DNA from: Candidatus Woesearchaeota archaeon
GTDB lineage: Archaea > Nanobdellota > Nanobdellia > Woesearchaeales > GW2011-AR4
DNA: 64,000 nt
Direction of reading: 5' to 3'
NCBI GenBank assembly: GCA_018303655.1
Contig: JAGVXT010000023.1
Span: 30,394-94,393 of the forward strand
The notes under the pieces are model-generated. The model had not been told where the DNA came from and did no database searches. It saw only the letters and a program-made list of their open reading frames with translations. Within the stretch, counting starts at the first letter, position 1. Every line of letters begins with the position of its first letter. Positions 49,480 to 59,642 of the stretch are shown piece after piece. The translations under genes and the position numbers were made by a program.

Positions 49480-49661
49480 TGAAAAAGCAATACACAAAAA
49501 TCTGCCCGAAATGCGGAAGCATAGATTTGCCTATTAAGACAAATTTTGTTGAAATGCTTATGCCAACTCCGGAGAAATGCAGGAAGTGCAATTACAATGG
49601 TTTATTTCCGGAAATTGAAATCAATGAAATTGAAAATTTCAGAAAAGATTTAAAAAAATAA
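49479..49661 (+). CDS. Small zinc-ribbon protein
   Basis: CPKCGS...CRKCNY; abuts pheS and pheT. Confidence 0.7.
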   Translation: MKKQYTKICPKCGSIDLPIKTNFVEMLMPTPEKCRKCNYNGLFPEIEINEIENFRKDLKK

Positions 49662-49662
49662 A

Positions 49663-51321
49663 ATGCCAACCATAACTTTTTCACTGAAGGATTTGCAGCA
49701 CTTGATAGGCAAGAAAATAACAATTGAAGAAATCCATGAGCTTTCTCATTACGGCAAGGGCGATTTTGAAGGCTATGATGAGGAAAGTGATGAGGTCAAG
49801 ATAGATTTTGGCGACACTAACCTGCCTTATTTGTGGAGTGTTGAGGGTTTTGCCAGATTAATCAAGGGAATTCTTGGGATGCAGAAAGGAATTCCCAAAA
49901 TAAAAATCAGCAAGGGCGATTACCAGGTTGTTGTTGACAAGTCTGTTGTCAAGTATCGCCCATTTATTTCCTGCTTTGCCGCAAAAGGAAAAAAAGTTGA
50001 TGATTATCTGATAAAGCAGCTTGTGCAATTGCAGGAAAAATTCTGCGAAACATATGGAAGAAGAAGGCAGAAAGTCTCAATTGGGCTGTATTCTTACAGC
50101 AGGCTGAAGTTTCCGGTGCACTATAAGGCAGCCGATCCATTGTCAGTAGAGTTTGTTCCTCTTGAATTCAAATCCAAGATGAATTTAAAGGATATACTTG
50201 CAGAGCATCCCAAAGGAAAAGAGTACTCATGGATTCTTGAAGGCTTTGAGAAATACCCTTTGCTTACAGATGACAAAAATGAAGTCATGAGTTTGGTTCC
50301 AATTATTAACTCAAATTTCACAGGAAAGATTGAGATTGGCGATGAAAACATGCTTTTTGAGGCCACAGGCACGGATGATGAAGCGGTGAACTTGGCAGCA
50401 GTTATATTTGCATATGCCCTGCACGAAAGGGGCTTTGAGCTGCATTCTGTTGAAGTTAGGTATCCTGACAGGAAAAAAACATCTCCTGATTTAGAGATTA
50501 AGGATGTTGCAATAAAAAATGAGCAGATAAAGTACTTGTTTGGGTTGGAACTGAAAGAAAGTGAAATTAAGCATCTGCTTGAAAAGGCACAGTTTGAATT
50601 TGAGAATCAAAAGGTAAAGGTTCCCCCTTACAGGAAAGACATTCTTCACCCTTATGATGTAATCGAGGACATCGGCATAATGTACGGATTTGACAAAATA
50701 AAAGAGTCCCAGTTGCAGACATTTACCGCAGGCTCCATATTAAGAATAAACGAGTTTATTGACAAAATAAGGGAAATTGCTGTCGGCCTCGGGTATCAGG
50801 AAGTAATGAGCCCTATCCTGACAAACAAGGATTTGCTGTACAAAAATATGAACGTTGATGACTTCGGCACAATTGAGATTGATGACTACATGTCTGAAAC
50901 ATACTCTGTTGTCAGGAGCTGGCTATTACCAAATCTTATGGAAGTTCTGTCAAGGAACAAGCATGTCTCATTTCCGCAGAAAGTATTTGAAGAAGGTCTT
51001 GTAAATACAAGAAAAGGCGATGATGTCAAAGAATGGAGCAGGATTGCAGTTGCATCTTCCCATGATAATTCAAATTATACAGAGATGAAGCAAATTCTTG
51101 ATTACATTTTGAAATGCTTTGGATTAAAATGCGACATTGAAGAAGCTGAGCATAATTCATTCATTGAAGGAAGGGTTGGAAGGGCAATTGTAAAAGGAAA
51201 AAAAGTAGCTTATTTGGGGGAGATAAATCCAGTTGTTTTAACAAACTGGGGACTGGAAATGCCTGTTGTCGCTTTGGAATTGAATCTGAGCGAGTTGTTT
51301 GAAATGGTGGAGAGGAAATGA
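49663..51321 (+). CDS. pheT: Phenylalanyl-tRNA synthetase beta subunit
   Basis: MPTI start, PIINS, PPYRKDILHPYDVIED, FIEGR. Confidence 0.95.
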   Translation: MPTITFSLKDLQHLIGKKITIEEIHELSHYGKGDFEGYDEESDEVKIDFGDTNLPYLWSVEGFARLIKGILGMQKGIPKIKISKGDYQVVVDKSVVKYRPFISCFAAKGKKVDDYLIKQLVQLQEKFCETYGRRRQKVSIGLYSYSRLKFPVHYKAADPLSVEFVPLEFKSKMNLKDILAEHPKGKEYSWILEGFEKYPLLTDDKNEVMSLVPIINSNFTGKIEIGDENMLFEATGTDDEAVNLAAVIFAYALHERGFELHSVEVRYPDRKKTSPDLEIKDVAIKNEQIKYLFGLELKESEIKHLLEKAQFEFENQKVKVPPYRKDILHPYDVIEDIGIMYGFDKIKESQLQTFTAGSILRINEFIDKIREIAVGLGYQEVMSPILTNKDLLYKNMNVDDFGTIEIDDYMSETYSVVRSWLLPNLMEVLSRNKHVSFPQKVFEEGLVNTRKGDDVKEWSRIAVASSHDNSNYTEMKQILDYILKCFGLKCDIEEAEHNSFIEGRVGRAIVKGKKVAYLGEINPVVLTNWGLEMPVVALELNLSELFEMVERK

Positions 51322-51515
51322 TTAAGGTACTTTTCCCTAGACTGTTGGATAATTTATCTGAACCAAAGAAAAGAATCATGCTTACTTATCCATTTGTCAA
51401 TATATTTATGGATGGAGATTTAGAACCAGATATTTTTCTAGATAACCTAAACTCATTTGAACAAGACTTTATGAAGAAAGGATTATCCAAACAAGACATA
51501 GATGTACCTCATTAA
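51318..51515 (+). CDS. Small hypothetical protein, possibly truncated
   Basis: Overlaps the pheT stop (ATGA); A/T-biased codons. Confidence 0.45.
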   Translation: MIKVLFPRLLDNLSEPKKRIMLTYPFVNIFMDGDLEPDIFLDNLNSFEQDFMKKGLSKQDIDVPH

Positions 51516-51620
51516 TTATTTGCCAGAGATGTCGTGATGCCATTGTTGCATTTTGGGAAGGAATCCAAGAAAAAATGAGAAAAAAGTTTTTTAAAAGAAT
51601 TAGAATAATAAAATAAAAGG

Positions 51621-52106
51621 TCACTCCTTTTTCTTAGGAGTTATTTTTTTCTCTTTCGGCTTTGCTGCTTTCTTTTCTGTTTTTTCTTCTTTTTTGTCTT
51701 CATCCAATCCGGCTTTTTGCTCCAAAGTCGCTTCTTTTGGTTCTATTTTTTCTTCCTTTTTCTTTGGCTTGAATATGTTCCTTAATTTTCTTTTTTCTTC
51801 CTTTCGAACTCGAAGCTGCTCTGGTGTTTTTCTTTTCTTCAATGGTTTTGCAGTTTTTTGCTTTGGCTTTGTATGCAACGCTTTTATTCCCAACTCATCC
51901 AAAGCTTTTGAAACTTCATCGTGAGAAGCGTTCTTTTTAATCTCAATTTTTTGGTTTAAAGGCTCTACATGAAGAATATTTACCTTTCTTCTTCTTGTTT
52001 CGCCATCAATCAAGACATATTTGTCATCAAGAATATCTATTATTATACATTTTTTGCCGGCGTCCCTGCCCGCAATCTTAACGCACAATCTTCCTATTTC
52101 AATCAT
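51621..52106 (-). CDS. rpl14e: Ribosomal protein eL14 with Lys/Glu-rich tail
   Basis: IGRLCVKIAGRDAGK, RRKVNILHVEP. Confidence 0.92.
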   Translation of the reverse strand: MIEIGRLCVKIAGRDAGKKCIIIDILDDKYVLIDGETRRRKVNILHVEPLNQKIEIKKNASHDEVSKALDELGIKALHTKPKQKTAKPLKKRKTPEQLRVRKEEKRKLRNIFKPKKKEEKIEPKEATLEQKAGLDEDKKEEKTEKKAAKPKEKKITPKKKE

Positions 52107-52203
52107 TTTGTTCCTCCGATCACTTCAGATTAAACGGTGTCGCCATCCGCTCAAGTGATTTCATTGTTGTTTTAATTTTTATTATGATAATTTTAAAATG
52201 AAT

Positions 52204-52470
52204 CTATTGCCTTGTTTTGTCTATTATTGCCTGCCGCATGCACCTGCTGCACAATACCCCTCCATAAGGCCTCTCCGGCCTTTTCTTTGTCTTTGCCATG
52301 CTTCTCATCCTGAATGGAAAGGCTCTTGGCACTCCTTTCAATGAAGCTCCGCAGTTGCCGCACTTTGCAGTTTTTGGCCTTTTTTTCTTATGGTGCAGAC
52401 TGACTCTTCCGCCAGGAACTTTCCTGAATACTTTCCTTAAGCTTCTTGACCTTAATCTTGGTGCTGGCAT
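52204..52470 (-). CDS. rpl34e: Ribosomal protein eL34
   Basis: PGGR, CGNC, RPERPYGGVLCSRC. Confidence 0.94.
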   Translation of the reverse strand: MPAPRLRSRSLRKVFRKVPGGRVSLHHKKKRPKTAKCGNCGASLKGVPRAFPFRMRSMAKTKKRPERPYGGVLCSRCMRQAIIDKTRQ

Positions 52471-52537
52471 ACCTGCTTGGAATATATATTTATTTAAAAA
52501 GGTTAGCATAATGTTTAAATATTAATGCCTCAAACTA

Positions 52538-53041
52538 ATGAATAGCAGAATGCAAGGCATTTTCAGCTCAAAAAAAGGGGTATCGCCATTGATAGCTACA
52601 GTTCTTTTGATAGCATTTGCAGTGGCGCTTGGCTCTGTTGTCATGAACTGGGGCTTGAACCTTAACATAGGCAAATCTGCAGATATGTGCAGGAATGTTG
52701 AAATCAAGTTGAGGAATATAGATATGAGCGAAGTGTGCTTTGGAGGCTTTGGACCGAGAGGCTACGTCAATTTTATAATAGACAACACAGGCACGATTGA
52801 CATAAATGGATTGGCTGTGTGGATTGTGGGTGAAAAAGGCACGATGCTTTTTGACCTGGACAATATCTTGATAGGAAAAGGTTCTTTATACGACAAAAAG
52901 GACAAGGAAGTCATATATGATTTCTCGGCATTTGGAAACATAAAGCAAGTGCAATTCATACCAAAAGTCAGATCAGGTCAGTCAACAGAAATCTGCCCGA
53001 AGAATGCCATCAAGGCTGACAAGATTGGGGCTTGCTCTTAA
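52538..53041 (+). CDS. Archaeal type IV pilin-like protein
   Basis: Class III signal KKG/VSPLIATVLLIAFAVALG; 4 Cys. Confidence 0.85.
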   Translation: MNSRMQGIFSSKKGVSPLIATVLLIAFAVALGSVVMNWGLNLNIGKSADMCRNVEIKLRNIDMSEVCFGGFGPRGYVNFIIDNTGTIDINGLAVWIVGEKGTMLFDLDNILIGKGSLYDKKDKEVIYDFSAFGNIKQVQFIPKVRSGQSTEICPKNAIKADKIGACS

Positions 53042-53784
53042 TATACTTTCATAAATTTTCTTAAAGTCATTGTGAATATTATTGAGAAAATGATGTAAGT
53101 TCCAAGCCATCCAAGCTTCCAGCCGAATAAGTTCAGTATCTTCCTTGAATTGTAGTCAATCTGAATTGATTTTATTGCGCCGCTTGTTTTTTTGATTGGC
53201 TCTATATATTTTTCAGCATTTGTTATTAATATGCTTTTTTGCTGTTTCTCATTGTTATAGGCAAATTCCAGAATATGCTCGCCTTCTTCTCCTTTTAATG
53301 TCCACGTTGCCTTGCCATTTTCAATTTTTTTATTTTTCTCATTAGTTATTTCTATTCCTTCAGTAATTATGATTTCCGCGTTTCCATCTGCATTCTTGTC
53401 AAAAAATGCGCTGATAGAAAACTCTTGATTTGGCTTGATGCTTTCATAGGCAAATGTCGAGCTCATCCAGCCGAATATCAATATTATGGGGATAAATGTG
53501 ATAATTGTCGGCTTTAAGGAATGCATCATGTACTTCATGTTAAGTTCCATTGCCTTTTTCTGCACTTCCATAGCCTTTGCAGGGTTACCTTTCAGTTCCT
53601 TTATCTGCTTTTGATAGTCTTTTATGTCATCTTTCAGCTTCTTCATCAAAGTCTGGTCAGTTGTGTATTTTGTTATGACTATTATTATTACAGAAACGAT
53701 AAATGACAGGATAATTACTACCCATAAAACAGGTAGCTTAAGCAAAGGCGCGAATATAATGTTCAGGAAATCGTAATATGCCAT
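53038..53784 (-). CDS. EMC3/TMCO1 (DUF106, Oxa1 superfamily) membrane protein
   Basis: TM, coiled coil, KPTIITFIP, GWLGTY; downstream of secY. Confidence 0.88.
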   Translation of the reverse strand: MAYYDFLNIIFAPLLKLPVLWVVIILSFIVSVIIIVITKYTTDQTLMKKLKDDIKDYQKQIKELKGNPAKAMEVQKKAMELNMKYMMHSLKPTIITFIPIILIFGWMSSTFAYESIKPNQEFSISAFFDKNADGNAEIIITEGIEITNEKNKKIENGKATWTLKGEEGEHILEFAYNNEKQQKSILITNAEKYIEPIKKTSGAIKSIQIDYNSRKILNLFGWKLGWLGTYIIFSIIFTMTLRKFMKVY

Positions 53785-55200
53785 TTATCCGCCCATGAAC
53801 TTTCTCATCATCGGGTTCATGTCCATCATGTGCTGCTTTGATATGTCCTCATACAATCTGTAGACAATCATTACAGTAAGCAGAATTCCTGTTCCGCTGC
53901 TCAAAGCTCCTGTCAAATCAGCCAATGCCGCAAGAAAACCTACAGTTATTCCTCCCATAATTGTCAAAGGCCATATGTACCTGTTTAGCAATCTTTCAAG
54001 AACTCTCTCATCTTTCCTGAAGCCGGGAATCTGAAGCCCGCTTGAAATCATCTGCTTGGCCTGGGATTTTGCATCCATGCCTGCAGTCTGCACCCAGAAA
54101 AAGCTGAACATCACACTGCCTACAATAAAAAACAGCATGTAAACAAGAGCCTGCAGATAAGGCGAAATTCCAATAAGCACCGTATGCTGCTGGATTACAC
54201 TCCTTATTATGTCAGGTCCCTGCAGCCAGTAAACAAATCCGGATATTGGCTGCCCGCTTGAGGTACTAAAAGTGCCAAGCAAAGGCCATCCTATATTCTG
54301 CAGTAATCTCCCCCACAATTGAAAGTTTGCAATCAATGCAGCTACCAAAATAACAGGAATGTTTGAAGTGTAAATAAATGACAGAGGCCATCTGATTCCA
54401 TGCCCTCTTATCATGCCGAATGACAACGGAATCTCAACCTTCATTGACTGCGCATACACTGCAATAGCAAACACAAAGATAGTTGAAAGCAAAGCCGATA
54501 TCATTATCAGCGCTGTTGTTACATCACCACTGACAAGGCTCTGGAAGAATGCCGGCACAGCCCCTGATGAATATGTAACTCCAGCCAGGCCGCTTGGCCC
54601 GGGTAGCCAGTTAAATGCCTGTATGAAAAGGCTTTTGCTGACTCCTGCAGCTATAAACAGGCTTATTCCGCTGCCAAATCCCCACTTGCTTACAACCTCA
54701 TCCAAAAACATGATAAGCAAGCCGCCTAAAAACAGCTGGAATATCAAAATAAGCTGAAGCTGGAAATATAAGCCTGTTCCCCTGAACTGCTCAGTTGGCG
54801 CTAAGCCGCCTAAAAAAATGTATATTGCACTTTCAAAAATAATAAAAAACAATGACAAAAATTTCTGCGTACCTTGAAAACTTTTTTTGCCTTCTGGATT
54901 TGTTAAATCAAATTTCCATATGCCTGAGCCATTAAGCAGCTGCAATACTATAGAGGCTGTTACTATGGGACCTATGCCAAGCGATATCAATGAGCCGAAT
55001 TCTGCCCCCAATATTATTGACAGTGTCTCAAATCTCTGCAAAGCATTTATTCCCAATCCAAACAATGGCATCAATCCCAAGACAAAGAATATCACCAAGA
55101 CAATGCCTGTCCATTTTAATTTCTCGCGAAAAGAAAGGAATTTTTGCGTAGGTCCTTCAACTTCCGGAAGGTTTGAGATAATATTTTTCCAAAGGGACAT
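53785..55200 (-). CDS. secY: Preprotein translocase SecY
   Basis: LGIGPIVTASI, WGFGSGISLFIA, YTSNIPVIL, IPGFR. Confidence 0.97.
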   Translation of the reverse strand: MSLWKNIISNLPEVEGPTQKFLSFREKLKWTGIVLVIFFVLGLMPLFGLGINALQRFETLSIILGAEFGSLISLGIGPIVTASIVLQLLNGSGIWKFDLTNPEGKKSFQGTQKFLSLFFIIFESAIYIFLGGLAPTEQFRGTGLYFQLQLILIFQLFLGGLLIMFLDEVVSKWGFGSGISLFIAAGVSKSLFIQAFNWLPGPSGLAGVTYSSGAVPAFFQSLVSGDVTTALIMISALLSTIFVFAIAVYAQSMKVEIPLSFGMIRGHGIRWPLSFIYTSNIPVILVAALIANFQLWGRLLQNIGWPLLGTFSTSSGQPISGFVYWLQGPDIIRSVIQQHTVLIGISPYLQALVYMLFFIVGSVMFSFFWVQTAGMDAKSQAKQMISSGLQIPGFRKDERVLERLLNRYIWPLTIMGGITVGFLAALADLTGALSSGTGILLTVMIVYRLYEDISKQHMMDMNPMMRKFMGG

Positions 55201-55242
55201 TTTTAATGATTAGATTAAATTATTTTTAAATTTATTGAAAAT

Positions 55243-55698
55243 TTACTCATTAGCCACTAAGCCACTTACTTCCCCGCCTGCTTCTTTGACTTTCTCCACA
55301 GCTGTTTTAGAAGCGTAAGGGGTTTTGATTTTAAGTTTTGTTGATATTCTTCCGTCCCCGAGCAGTTTGTTGTATCCAAGCTTTTCAAGGTCTACAATGT
55401 AGAAATCGTTTTCTTTTTTTATTGTGTTATTTAACAAAAATCTGATGATATGCTGCTCCAAAAAGTTGATGTTAACCGCATTAATCTTTACTTTTGGAGT
55501 CTTGCTTACAAACCCATATTTTCCAAAATAATTTTTATCTTTCCATATGCTTGGCTTTTTTGAATCTGCTCTTTTGCCGGTGCCGGCCATTCCTCTTCCT
55601 CCGCGATTGCCCTGCCCCCTGTGCTTTTTCTTTGCACCCCATCCATGGGTCATAGAGCCTCTCTGCCTGTCATTCTTCTTTCGTTTGTTGACTGTCAT
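55243..55698 (-). CDS. rpl15: Ribosomal protein uL15
   Basis: RGSMTHGWG, GGRGMAG, KLLG. Confidence 0.94.
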   Translation of the reverse strand: MTVNKRKKNDRQRGSMTHGWGAKKKHRGQGNRGGRGMAGTGKRADSKKPSIWKDKNYFGKYGFVSKTPKVKINAVNINFLEQHIIRFLLNNTIKKENDFYIVDLEKLGYNKLLGDGRISTKLKIKTPYASKTAVEKVKEAGGEVSGLVANE

Positions 55699-55724
55699 TG
55701 TCTTTAGATTTTATTTTAATTGTT

Positions 55725-56183
55725 TCAAACCATCCTCTTAATCAGGTCATTTATCTTCTCTCCCCTGTAGCCAAGGGCTCCGCCGCTTGTGAACGGATTC
55801 TTGATTCCTTTTCTTCCAAACCCTTTTCTTGGGGCGTTTAAGCGGAAATACTTCTTTATTTTCCTGTTGTTGATGACAACAAAATCATTGTACTTTATTT
55901 TTCCTTTTGAATCTGTTTCCTTTCCCTTAAATTCTTCTCCTCTTTTCTCAACAAGCGTGTTGAAAGTCTCGTCATCAATCTCCCCCCATGTGATGTAGTC
56001 TTTTGCCCTCTTCAGCATGCCTGCATATACTGGCATGTTTGGAACCACGCAGCAGTAATTCTTTTTGTACAGCCTTAGCATTCTTAGATTGTCTTCTATC
56101 TTAGTTCTTATTTCTGTCAATCCCCTTACCCTTATGGCTGCCAATCTTTTGCTTGTGTCAGTTTTTGCTGCTTGATGTTCCAT
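55725..56183 (-). CDS. rpl30: Ribosomal protein uL30 (archaeal long form)
   Basis: IRVRG, DYITWGE, FRLNAPRKG, LGYRG. Confidence 0.94.
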   Translation of the reverse strand: MEHQAAKTDTSKRLAAIRVRGLTEIRTKIEDNLRMLRLYKKNYCCVVPNMPVYAGMLKRAKDYITWGEIDDETFNTLVEKRGEEFKGKETDSKGKIKYNDFVVINNRKIKKYFRLNAPRKGFGRKGIKNPFTSGGALGYRGEKINDLIKRMV

Positions 56184-56184
56184 T

Positions 56185-57069
56185 TTAAATTACTCCTTTT
56201 GAAGAGCCTTCAATAATACCCAGAGTTTCCTCATTTTTCTGGCTTAGCTTGAACTGCATCAGGTTTTTAAGGGCTTCAAAGCACGCATACAACAAGTTGA
56301 GTTTGCTTCTGGTTTGACCCTCTGTCCTTGACCACACGTCTTTGATGCCTGCCAATTTCAAGATTTTCTGACATTCCTTCTCAACTTTCAATCCAGTTCC
56401 TTTTGGAGCCGGAATTAGCATGATTTCCACTGAGCCGTATTTGCCTCTTACCTTGAAAGGCACTGTGTGCGCATCTCCACACCCACATCTCCAGTTACCG
56501 CATCCTCTCCTTATTTTTATCACATTTAGCTTTGCTTGCCTGATTGCCTTTTCCCTTGCAGGAACTGTTTCCTTTGATTTTCCATATCCAACGCCAATGT
56601 ACCCGTCTTCATTTCCCACAGCTGCGAAAGTGCCAAAATTTGGCTTGTTGCCCTCTTGGGTCTTTTTTTGGGTTTGCTTGAATACCCTTTTCTGCCCTCC
56701 GCCGAATTTTCCTTTTGCCTGACCTACCATCAGTAACTCAGTTGAGAGATTAGGCAGCAAAGCATCCACTATCTCCGGCTCGAGCACCTTTATTCTCTGG
56801 TCCAGCACGTATGAAATATTGTTTACAACTCCATTTTTTACATTTATTCCGAGAGATGTTTTTGGCTTCCATGCACCTTTTTCAAAAGCGCCTTTCTTTT
56901 TGACTTCCTCAACTATCTCTTCTTCAAGCTCCTTTACTTCGCCAAGCTCGACTGCTAATCCTTCTTTTGGCTTCTCAATTATTGCTTCTTCTTCCTGCAA
57001 ATCCTCAACTTTCTCAACTTCTTTTTCTTCTTTCATTTCAGCTTTTTCTTCGGTTTTCTTTTTAGCCAT
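56185..57069 (-). CDS. rps5: Ribosomal protein uS5
   Basis: WKPKT, VGNEDGYIG, RRGCG, PAPKGTGL. Confidence 0.95.
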   Translation of the reverse strand: MAKKKTEEKAEMKEEKEVEKVEDLQEEEAIIEKPKEGLAVELGEVKELEEEIVEEVKKKGAFEKGAWKPKTSLGINVKNGVVNNISYVLDQRIKVLEPEIVDALLPNLSTELLMVGQAKGKFGGGQKRVFKQTQKKTQEGNKPNFGTFAAVGNEDGYIGVGYGKSKETVPAREKAIRQAKLNVIKIRRGCGNWRCGCGDAHTVPFKVRGKYGSVEIMLIPAPKGTGLKVEKECQKILKLAGIKDVWSRTEGQTRSKLNLLYACFEALKNLMQFKLSQKNEETLGIIEGSSKGVI

Positions 57070-57640
57070 TTATCTTTACCTTTATTTCATTAAAGTGTTT
57101 TACAATATCTGCCGGGTTGAGTCCTTTTTTCAAATAATTGGAAAACTGCCTTTTGTAGGTTTGCTCATTTTTTTCAAGGTGCTGCGCGTATTTTGCAATA
57201 TGCTCTCCTGAAATTCTGTCTTTTGATGGGAGCACTTCCGGGTTAAATGGTATGCTTAATCCAGCGTCCACTGCGCCTGCAAGCGCAGCATACCGTCTTG
57301 AGCCCTTTGTGGAATTGTGGAATCCCAGGTCAAGCACAGCTTCTTTTATTCCCTTTTCAAGAGCCTTTTTTCCTGCAAGAGCCCCTATCAGGTACGCACT
57401 TGGGATGTTTCCATTGTCACCCTTCCAGCCGAGCTTTGCCAGTGCCTTTGAGTCAACTGTGAACAGAACTTTGTCGCCTTTTGCGCTGTACTCTATGACT
57501 GATGCCTGAAAGTTCTTTAATGAGCTTCTGACTACAAATCTTGACTTGTTGGACATCAGCATCCTCAGCCTTTTCCTGTAATAGGTTCTTCCCTGCCTCT
57601 TCCTTCTGAAAGGCACGTTGAAAACATTATTTTCTCTCAT
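57062..57640 (-). CDS. rpl18: Ribosomal protein uL18
   Basis: RRKRQGRTYYRKR, NIPSAYLIG, GEHI. Confidence 0.94.
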   Translation of the reverse strand: MRENNVFNVPFRRKRQGRTYYRKRLRMLMSNKSRFVVRSSLKNFQASVIEYSAKGDKVLFTVDSKALAKLGWKGDNGNIPSAYLIGALAGKKALEKGIKEAVLDLGFHNSTKGSRRYAALAGAVDAGLSIPFNPEVLPSKDRISGEHIAKYAQHLEKNEQTYKRQFSNYLKKGLNPADIVKHFNEIKVKING

Positions 57641-58082
57641 TTTTTACAAGACCCCTCTCATTTACATACAGGCTTAAGTGCCTTAAGCTTCTGAAAAATC
57701 CGCTTTTGCTTTTCATGTAAAGCTCGTGATAAGCCGCGCTTGTGATCGTATTTTTGTCCCTTAGTGATTTTATAAAGCCTCTTTGCAACCTTATCTTATT
57801 CATCCATGTCCTCTTTGGATTCAGCCTTGCTGTCTTTTTCCCTTTCCTTGAGCCAAACCCCTTTTGCTTGCCATAGCTTTTTTGTTCCTTTCTCTTTCTG
57901 GCCCAGAACCTTGATGTGTTAAGCAGCCTTTTTTTTGATATTACTCCCTCGCCTATTAATGACCTGATGTCTGTTTTTGTTATTGCTTCCTTTATGTCCT
58001 CAAGCCTGTCTGGATCAAACCTTACCCTGTTCCTGCCGCATTTTAATATCTGCGCTGCCAGCCTTTTTTGCACATTAAGCAT
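57627..58082 (-). CDS. rpl19e: Ribosomal protein eL19
   Basis: QKRLAAQILKCG, GSRKG, WMNKIR. Confidence 0.94.
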   Translation of the reverse strand: MLNVQKRLAAQILKCGRNRVRFDPDRLEDIKEAITKTDIRSLIGEGVISKKRLLNTSRFWARKRKEQKSYGKQKGFGSRKGKKTARLNPKRTWMNKIRLQRGFIKSLRDKNTITSAAYHELYMKSKSGFFRSLRHLSLYVNERGLVKNERK

Positions 58083-58084
58083 TT

Positions 58085-58666
58085 TTATGTCCTTTTTGTC
58101 AGGATTTTATCCTGTTCTTTCTTTTCAATTTCTTTTTTGTCTTTGTCGCTTAATTCTGTATTTTCTTTTGATTTTTCTGATTCGACTTTTGCCTTTGTTT
58201 CTTTCTCTTTCTTAACTTCCTCTTTTTTTGCTTCAGGAGCTTTCTTCTTTTTGGAGCTGATGAAATCTTCAATTTTTTTGATTTGCTCGTCAATATTCAA
58301 ATTCAAGATGTTGATGTTGAGTTCCTTTGCTTTTTTGAATACCTCCAGTCTTTTTTTCATGCCTGTGGCTTTTGCCACGATGATTCCTTCCTTGTCCCTG
58401 TTGATTTTTTTAAGTTCGCCTATTGAGTGCACATTAACAATCTCCAGTCCGCTTGAGTGCAATCCCTTTACTTCTGCCGGCGACTTGTAGCCCGGAGAGG
58501 GCATCTTCCTCCTGCCCTTGAACTTGTGCCTGATTTTTGAGTGTATGCCTTTTGGCTTGCGCCATTTGTCATTTACTTTCATCCTTTTTGGATTGTCCTG
58601 CCTGATAAAATCTGGCTTCCTTTCCTTGATCTCTTTCCTGATTTCCAAAAGGTTTTGAATGCTCAT
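58085..58666 (-). CDS. rpl32e: Ribosomal protein eL32
   Basis: KPDFIRQD, WRKPKG, PGYKSP. Confidence 0.94.
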   Translation of the reverse strand: MSIQNLLEIRKEIKERKPDFIRQDNPKRMKVNDKWRKPKGIHSKIRHKFKGRRKMPSPGYKSPAEVKGLHSSGLEIVNVHSIGELKKINRDKEGIIVAKATGMKKRLEVFKKAKELNINILNLNIDEQIKKIEDFISSKKKKAPEAKKEEVKKEKETKAKVESEKSKENTELSDKDKKEIEKKEQDKILTKRT

Positions 58667-58672
58667 TTTATC

Positions 58673-59239
58673 TTACTTTAAATCTCTCCCGTCTTTGTTT
58701 ATGATATAAATTCCGTCCTGGAAAATTCTGGTGTCAAAGCCCGGCCTTCTTGTCAATTGCTCTATATCTGCGCTTGTTTGGCCTGCAATTTCCTTGCTTG
58801 CGCTTGCAACATGTATTAAATCACCTTCAATCTTCACATCAGCGCCGTGCTTCAGCTGCAGGACTCTTGACACCTTTTCTCCGAGAAAATTTTTAACAAT
58901 GAACTTGCTGCCGGACATACTTACATTCATTGGAAAGTGCCCTGAGCATATTTTAAGAATATAAACATGGTTCTGCATGCTGCCTCTTATCATGTTTTTG
59001 ACATGAGCTGCCAGCGACCCAATTATTTTTTTGTCTTTTTTCGTTCCTCTTTTGGATTCAAGTGTAATCTTTTTGTTTTCTATTTTGATTGAAATATTGT
59101 GCTGGTTGATTTTCCTGTTGGATTCACCTTGGGGACCCTTGATTAATAAAATCTGATTATTAATCGATGCGCTTACACTGTCATCTAGATCTATATTCTT
59201 GGTTATTTTCCCATTGCTTCCGGATTTTCTTTTTTCCAT
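58673..59239 (-). CDS. rpl6: Ribosomal protein uL6
   Basis: HFPM, NFLGEK, DTRIFQDGIY. Confidence 0.95.
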   Translation of the reverse strand: MEKRKSGSNGKITKNIDLDDSVSASINNQILLIKGPQGESNRKINQHNISIKIENKKITLESKRGTKKDKKIIGSLAAHVKNMIRGSMQNHVYILKICSGHFPMNVSMSGSKFIVKNFLGEKVSRVLQLKHGADVKIEGDLIHVASASKEIAGQTSADIEQLTRRPGFDTRIFQDGIYIINKDGRDLK

Positions 59240-59629
59240 TTAATAGCAATAGGCCAAAAGCCTTCCTCCTGTTTTTTTTGATTTGGCATCGTAATGGGTC
59301 ATGATTCCCCTTGGGGTTGATACAAATAGTATCCCTATGTCCTTTGCCGGCAGATACCTTGTTTCAAATGCTTCAAATTCGTTGCTTTTGACGCTGTACC
59401 TTGGCTTTATCACGCCGCACTTGTTTATGTTTCCTGTCAAAGTCAGCGTTATGTAATTGCCCCTGCTGTCTTCTGTTTCCTTGAACTCCCCGACATAGCT
59501 GTTTTCTTTCATTACCCTTAAAAGTTCCTTTATTATTTTTGAAACAGGCTTTATCAAACAGTCTGATTTGCCGATTAGCTCATTGTTCAATATTAATGAC
59601 ATCACGTTTGCCAATGGGTCGTTTAACAT
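59240..59629 (-). CDS. rps8: Ribosomal protein uS8
   Basis: DPLAN, INKCGVIKPR, STPRG, GGRLLAY. Confidence 0.95.
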   Translation of the reverse strand: MLNDPLANVMSLILNNELIGKSDCLIKPVSKIIKELLRVMKENSYVGEFKETEDSRGNYITLTLTGNINKCGVIKPRYSVKSNEFEAFETRYLPAKDIGILFVSTPRGIMTHYDAKSKKTGGRLLAYCY

Positions 59630-59642
59630 TTTTGTCTTTACC

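Noticed and set aside
51500..51615. Frameshifted continuation of the 51318 ORF (LIICQRCRDAIVAFWEG...)
   Set aside because: Looks protein-like but there is no homology evidence to support it
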